In this document: in pieces, positions 57,577 to 64,000 of the stretch
How positions within the stretch are numbered: position 1 is the first letter of the stretch
Layout: every line of letters starts with the position of its first letter
Origin: Phoronis australis
Taxonomy: Eukaryota > Animalia > Phoronida
DNA length: 64,000 bases
NCBI GenBank assembly: GCA_002633005.1
Contig: NMRA01000313.1
Coordinates: forward strand, 310,001-374,000
Direction of reading: 5' to 3'
Program-made: the position numbers and the translations under genes
Notes under the pieces: generated by a model
Database searches by the model: none
Seen by the model: only the letters and a program-made list of their open reading frames with translations
Told to the model about the DNA's origin: nothing

Positions 57577-58728
57577 AAAAGACAGTGAACAGTGAAATTG
57601 TTTCTTGTACTGCTGTTGAACGAACCTTGGTGATGAGCTGCTGGTAAATCTGACCTTAATGAACCACAGCTATAGACTAATGCGAAAATCACAAAACCCG
57701 CTATGTTTTTATTTCGCATCACTCGTTTTGCGGATACCAAAAAGATGCCCGCACTTGGCGCCATTGTTTATTAATATTTTTAGGTTTGTAGCATGGAACC
57801 TCACTCAATGCCTGACGTTTTGTGTCAGTGTTTTTCACTGCAGTCACAGTTATTACTGTGATTCAGGCGATAAACGCTGGCATGTAAAAATGCTGACCTG
57901 CGCAGATGACTCACCCGACGTGATTGAGAAAGCAGACAGCCTCATCTGCATGACACATGGCAGACAAAAAGCGCATAGCCAGTTAACACAGAAAATTAGA
58001 AAACTAGTCCCGCTTTCCTACATGTTCGGCTGACTGGGATGAAGTTCGATGTCAGCTGTGACGTCACAGTTAATGGTAATTAAAACGGGAGGGAGGTTTG
58101 GGTTATGTCATTTTAGATGCTTGGTGAAGGTTTAAGACGGATAGTGCAGTTTTGAAAGGGTCGATTTTGTAATTACTAAACGTCTTTGTACATGTGTATT
58201 TACGTTCCGTATTTAAATAATAATAATTATTGACTATTATCGTGTTTATAACGGAATTTGTCGTCCTACATATGCGTACTTATGTCGTTGCAATGAATAT
58301 CAAAACTTGGGTTACAGAAGCTGTCTTTGTATGTTACACAAACTTCACGTATAATTGGCAATCTGTATAAACAACGTTGGTCTTGAATAAATCCATTTAA
58401 TCATCACCGCCAGCTAATAAGGGACAGTCTGGTCATACAAGGAGGGTAAATTTGAGAACGAATACCATGGACATGTAGCAAAAACGTGAAAGTCTTGAAT
58501 ATTTCAAAGATATAACAGAACAATAATATATAATTATTGCGGGTGTTATGCAAGATGAAATCATTGTGCGCTGTTCAATGTTCGTTTTCGTTAGTTATAC
58601 AAATTGTTTCGTATAACAAATTATATATGAAAACAAAATATAAGTAGTAATTACTTAGTAACTTGGCTGAAATCAAATGGAGGTGGTTAGTCTTCCTGTG
58701 ACGTCACTACTTGGACCCACAACATTGC

Positions 58729-59148
58729 CCTGTCTTCCGTAGACGCGAGAACCTCGCGAAAACGCAAGATCGGGCAAGATTTTGCGAGATATCCTCAGGT
58801 ATTACAAGCGAAGCACGTGATCACACTAGTTTCCTTCGTGAGATGTTTGCGTCTATATAAGCTGAAACCCCAGTCCTGTGCTACGTTCCGTAGACACAAG
58901 ACATTAACCACTTACTTGCGGGGAGGAATCTTCGCTTATGGAACGGATACAATGAATTCTGTCTCATAATTCAAGAATTCTAAATCCCTTGATTCAACAT
59001 TCCAACCTCACCGACCAATCACTTCAATAGCCGCCATTTTTTGGTTCACGTTAGTAACTAAAACACTCGCCTTTCACTCACGTGATTTTGCAACATTTTG
59101 CATGACCTTACTTTTTCGCACGATTCTCGAGTCTACGGAATAGCACCC
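58729..59148. mobile_element. Two adjacent MITEs, subfamily B; relatives at ~5720-5843, 9755-9883, 60878-60981
   Basis: Shared TTCCGTAGACGCGAGAACCTCGCGA / TCTACGGAATAGCACCC ends and gcgagat...tacaagc...cacgtgatcacac body. Confidence 0.65.
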
Positions 59149-61047
59149 TGAATTAGACAATCATTTTCTGAAACATTTCGTTGATTTTGGTAAAACTGGA
59201 TTAGGAAAGACGGAAGTGCACTCAAGTAGAAACATTAGCTGTTCTTTTTAATAAAAAACAATATATGACATGCATTTAACGTTTTCATAATTTGTGGCAA
59301 TTTCAATCATACTAGTCAGATGGCATTGAATGTCTGCGTTCTTTCTAAAAAAACAAAATTTTCATTCAGTTGGTATTTTTGGATCACCCAATAAACAACG
59401 CTTTTCTCCAGCATATTACTTTGGTTTTATTTGACAAAACTTTTCAAAAATGCAACATATATATACATATCGCTAAGATCAATTCATAAGAATGCGCTTC
59501 CAAGATTACCTTAGTTTGGTACAATCTTATCTTAATTAGTGACAGATTCTATCCACACGACATGAACAGAACGCACGGTTTCCCCCATCTCTTTGTTTTT
59601 TGTTTATCTTATCACATTTAATGCTCCTACAGACCGTATTTCAAGTAGCAGATGACTAACGGCGCACGTGTTAATGATTATCTCATTACGGTAGTCATAA
59701 TAATGATGAGAGGCTAGCCACAGGGCTGGACTCTGAGTATTGTTTAAAGTGTAAAAGTTTGCCACATAAGGTTTTGACGGCTAGCACAGGCGAATAAGCT
59801 ACTGACGGGGACTTTTAATTGCATTTAGTTCGTTTTTGTTGGATCGCCATCTGCGATGCGACGCTAATTAAATGTTTATAAGGGCTTGAAAAAAGTGTTC
59901 AAGCGACGTACGAAGCCAGATGATGAAAATGTCCGATAATATGTTAATTTCTCTTACATTCGCGGTCGACTGGTTTCTCTATTCCCATTTGCCATCGTTT
60001 TAAAGTGATTACATTTCCCCCAAGGTCACACAGAAGTGCTTTGCCATTTCATATGGGCAGTACCACCCAACACTTGGCTAAAAATGGACACAATGAAACA
60101 GAAAGAGTCTCTAGTCTCAAAATTGTCATTGCCATGGTAACAGCTGATTTCTGTGGTAACATGAGTCGAGAGATCACTGCGAACGGTATAAATTGGCCAA
60201 TTCTCGTGAAAAGGGTTAGCCAACATTTCACAATTGATGACATTATGACACTCTGACCACTTCCCTGGATGCCCCACTGGGTGTGGAAATCATTTTCTAA
60301 ATGATGATATGCGTATAAGCGGAATGGTTTGAGACATCGTTTGTGGCTGAGTAAGCACGTAAACGCGGCTCATAATTTCCATTTTAGGTATTGAGGATAA
60401 ATTTCCTGTTGAAAGCTTGATTAATTACGTACCAATAATCGTTGTAACCTGGGCAAGATAACCATGGGTTAGTACACGTCACCGGTGTGCCGCTGCTCCA
60501 CTGCCTAAGGACGTTTTTCAAATAATACTAGTACGCACTGTTTTGGTGATTTCACTCTAAGCTAGGTCTCCTGTTACCTGATCGGTGAGTTATGAAGGCA
60601 TCATCCAATTAACAAAATTCCAGTTGTGCCCTAGCCTTTAAGTTGCTGTTGTGGTTCTGAATCTAGTGTCCTGTCTTTCACAGTAGTCGCAGTGTATCCT
60701 GTCTCAGTAGGGTGTTAGTCACGATTCATGATCTAGCAGACTTAGTGAGAAGTGTTTAAAATTCACTCCAAACTCTTGAGGGTTGATGACGGTATAGTCA
60801 GAGCATTTAGTACATTGAAAAGATTTAACTTCGCAAGTTCGTATGTGTTAAAATAGGCTCAAAGCGAGTGTACGGTCCTTTACGTAGACGCGAGAACCTC
60901 GCGAAAACCTAAGCTCAAGACTTCGCGAGATCGCCATGCACTACAAGCTAAGAACGCGACATTCTTGCAACTACGGAATTCAGCGGCCGGGGTACTTTTA
61001 ATGGGCGGCAAAAATAAAGTTATTTAAAAGAAGACAAAGTATCTCAC

Positions 61048-61270
61048 CAACTACTGTAGGCTCCAGATCTACAAAAATGGCGCGTGGCACGTGCTTCCCT
61101 GCTCCTGTCTCGCTGAAAAAGGTGTTGAACGAATCGTCGCAGACGCCAACCGATTTGTCGGACGGCAGTTGGCCGTCCGGTTGAATACCGTGCTCCAGAC
61201 AGTAGAGTTCCCAGCATGCGTTGCCCATCTGCACACCGGCCTGCCCCACATGGATTGAAATACATTCACG
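61048..61270 (-). CDS. TUBA: alpha-tubulin gene B, exon 2
   Basis: tag|[52 protein letters not shown]...DLEPTVV g|gtgag; 223 nt; K40 present. Confidence 0.96.
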
Positions 61271-62428
61271 CTACAAGAAAGAAAACGGGTATTAAATTTC
61301 CGTAAAGACGTATTTCAATAGAAGGGTCCCAGTATACAAGTTCTATGACGTGGAGGTATATGTAAAACACTGGGTTAAGTTTGGTTAAAAGACAGCTCGT
61401 CAGAAGGTAGGCTTATTTCTTTGAATGGCCTGTTTTCTGTAGCTAGTCCATCCTTTATATCAGCATTGCCTGCAGATATACCGCCCATAGGGCCTTCCTA
61501 CTGAAGCCAGCTGCCGTAATATCACTTACGCGCAAAGGTTATCAACAGTACAAACGAAATATCGTTGATGCAATACACATTTGCAAAATAACATACAGCA
61601 ACACGTTGATGAAACAAAATGTCCACATCCTGTTTACACACGACTCGTATTTTTGGAAACAAGATTAACATAAGTTTTAATGACGAGAAAAGTACATAAA
61701 ACCGCGCCTTCTGTCAAAAACCAGATTTGATTTAGGTAAGTTGCTGTTACAAAATCGATCTCATCTTGTCCCTTACTCAGGTTAGAATTGATTTCCAGGC
61801 TTGAAAAGAACTGACAAGTCGTTAGTACTTCGGACTACTAAAATGGTCGGAAGCATTTTTGCTTTTCAATTGAGGCGGGTTAGTTTCAGTCGCTAAAACA
61901 GCGGTGTCCGACACAGAAATTTCAGGCGATTTACTTGTAACAAAATTCAATTCAAACTAAGGGTAAGGATGCGATGACGTTGCCTTGATGAGGTACATTT
62001 AATGGACGTCACAGTCGTATCTCAATTCTAAAAATATCCCAGACATCCTCCACCTAACCAAAGCGCGACAATTTTGCCATCACCGGTTTCACCAAACAAT
62101 AACAGATCCTAACAGTGTTGAGTATCCAACTCGAGTAGTCCGCACCACTTGGCCGTAAACGATGCCAGCGCAAAATGCCCTGAATATTCCACTGACAACT
62201 TGCTCGGCTTTGATACTCATTTCCTTTGAAATGTTTTACATGCCGCCCCGGATTTCTTTCGCTTTTTCGCCACCTATGACACTACTATGACCGAAAAATC
62301 ACCCAAGCCAAACCGAGAGTTTGAGATATTTTTCAGAATTTTCAGTAATCAAAATGATTCCTTTTCAACGTCAATGCCAGTGATCGTGGACGTTGATACA
62401 ACCTCCAAATTCACAGTTTTTTGCTCAC

Positions 62429-62431
62429 CAT
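62429..62431 (-). CDS. TUBA: alpha-tubulin gene B, exon 1 (ATG only)
   Basis: Minus strand gacatcATG|gtgagc; metazoan alpha-tubulins typically have an intron right after the ATG; next exon starts REC; CATAAAA TATA-like box ~62536-62542 upstream. Confidence 0.8.
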
Positions 62432-62650
62432 GATGTCTTTGGATGATTCAGTGACAACAGAGATCGTCTGGCTCACAAATGACCTTGAGGAGTCAAGTGA
62501 GAGGTTAACCTTGGTTGGTGAGGGCAGTCGTTGGCTTTTATGACTGAGGACGCGTCCAAGTGACCACGAATAGGGGTGTTAGTAACGGATCGGAGCTCTG
62601 CGCTCACGCCATGAGTTTTGCTGACTGTTAAAGAAAATGAGTCACGTCAG
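62432..62650 (-). promoter_or_regulatory. Putative 5' UTR and promoter of tubulin gene B
   Basis: CATAAAA TATA-like box ~62536-62542; TGAGTCA/CGTCA (AP-1/CRE-like) at ~62638-62648. Confidence 0.45.
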
Positions 62651-64000
62651 CAGTACATCTGAGCAGAACCTATGCTTGCGCTCAGATTTCGATAGTTCAA
62701 TCGGTATAAAGACTCGGTCCGTCTAGTTAGTTACGCATTGGTTCAATTTTCATGTCGGGTCTGTTAAAACTGTTCGGAATACAAAATTTTAGAAATTTTA
62801 CTCCATTGAATTTAATTCATATGCTGCATGGCCGGGCGACAAATTGAAGACCTACCGGCCAAGCAACGCTGTCTTTGCACGTTACCTGAAGATGACGTCA
62901 GCACACCAGGTGAAAATCTACTGCTGAATATTCTTTTTATCCAGTTGATCTGCTGTTGTAAGCTATTCATATAAAAACGGGTATAGTTTAACATATTTTT
63001 ACCAAATATTAGAAATAAGTTGCGCTGGTCTCCATTCAAATAACATACCACCTACAGTTACGAAATTGGTCTCGATTTGTTCTTTACTCACATGGGTTAC
63101 AGACGATATTTGGATCACTGGAAGTTTGTCAGATCAGGCCATACAAAGTTGACTTGTCAGCATGGCGGGTAATTTTATGAGCCTAGCATATAGCCTTAAG
63201 CAATTACGAACTGTCAGTTATTTGAGACCAGAAACCATGTCTCATCTGAGTAACGAACAAGTTGACAACAGTTTTATACGAATAACTTCGTTTCTTTTGA
63301 TGGAACGCGGGTTTATAGCACATGCCTTTCACATACGCTAGGAGAGCAGGATGAAATTCTCGTTATGTTCCGAAAACAGAAATTCAGCTTAACATCTGTT
63401 TCAGTAATATTATCGTCAAGATCAGCCCCAGCGCGAGTCGAACCTGAAACTCTCGCGCCTCAGCCAAACCCTATGGAAACCAAGCTTTTCATTTAACACG
63501 TACGGGTTTCACCCGCCAGCCCGTTAACGCGGGTACATGAATAACGCATTACATGTAATTCGCTTTGTAGACGAGTGTAGGGTGTCTTTTGTCTGTTTTT
63601 AATTTCAGATGTGGTAGTTTGCAGTGCTCCGGTTCTAAACTTGCGATTTTTTAGGCTGAGGTTGTGATATGTTATTCATGCTGTTATTTGTTGTTATTTA
63701 TATATGCCAGTAGTGGCCCAAATCAGTCATTGAATTAAAAATTTGCCAAATCGACTGATGAACTAGCATGCAGACTGGCATCAGTTATGAGTTCTGAGTA
63801 CGTCACAGTTAGTTAGAAATTTCCAGGTTATCAGCTTTTTATAACTGCTCCAAAAAAGAAATGCCAAACAGGTTGAACGCAGTCTTTGAAACTGTCCGTT
63901 CATCACATCACTAACGTATCAGTCCCACTCAGTCACAGGGTTCTTCGCTGTTGCCGTTTATCATTCTTTGCGTTATATATGTCAAGTTTCTCACGACAAA

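Noticed and set aside
57426-57764. ORF with poly-Tyr/Cys
   Set aside because: Artefact of the (AAT/AAC)n microsatellite.
62884-62922. CTGAAGA...GAAA hammerhead-like string (also CTGATGA on minus near 32905)
   Set aside because: No convincing stem I/II pairing, or GAAA is missing.

Overview
Eukaryotic (metazoan, probably marine invertebrate) genomic DNA: AT-rich, spliceosomal introns, many MITEs, a few N gaps; no prokaryotic features or CRISPR. Three protein-coding genes are supported. (1) A Di-Ras (DIRAS1/2-like) small GTPase on + with one main coding exon (34235-34834). (2,3) Two tandem 5-exon alpha-tubulin genes on -, convergent with DIRAS: gene B (ATG 62431 to stop 53384, 450 aa, K40 kept) and divergent gene A (ATG 50976 to stop 38759, 454 aa). 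Gene A has lost K40 with a 2-aa loop insertion, has a GC-AG intron, shares a probable gene-conversion tract with gene B, and carries an intronic TTAA-flanked THAP/Kolobok-like transposon derivative whose ~315-bp inverted ends both include promoter-like motifs and the THAP start. The first 34 kb is non-coding/repeat-rich. It holds a Penelope-like retroelement remnant (GIY-YIG) between inverted ends that each contain a minimal hammerhead ribozyme motif, a tRNA-derived SINE, several TIR-MITE families, a ~646-bp tandem duplication, and a candidate upstream exon (4543-4666) that could splice in frame to DIRAS to give an N-terminally extended isoform. Coordinates were read by eye; repeat boundaries are approximate.
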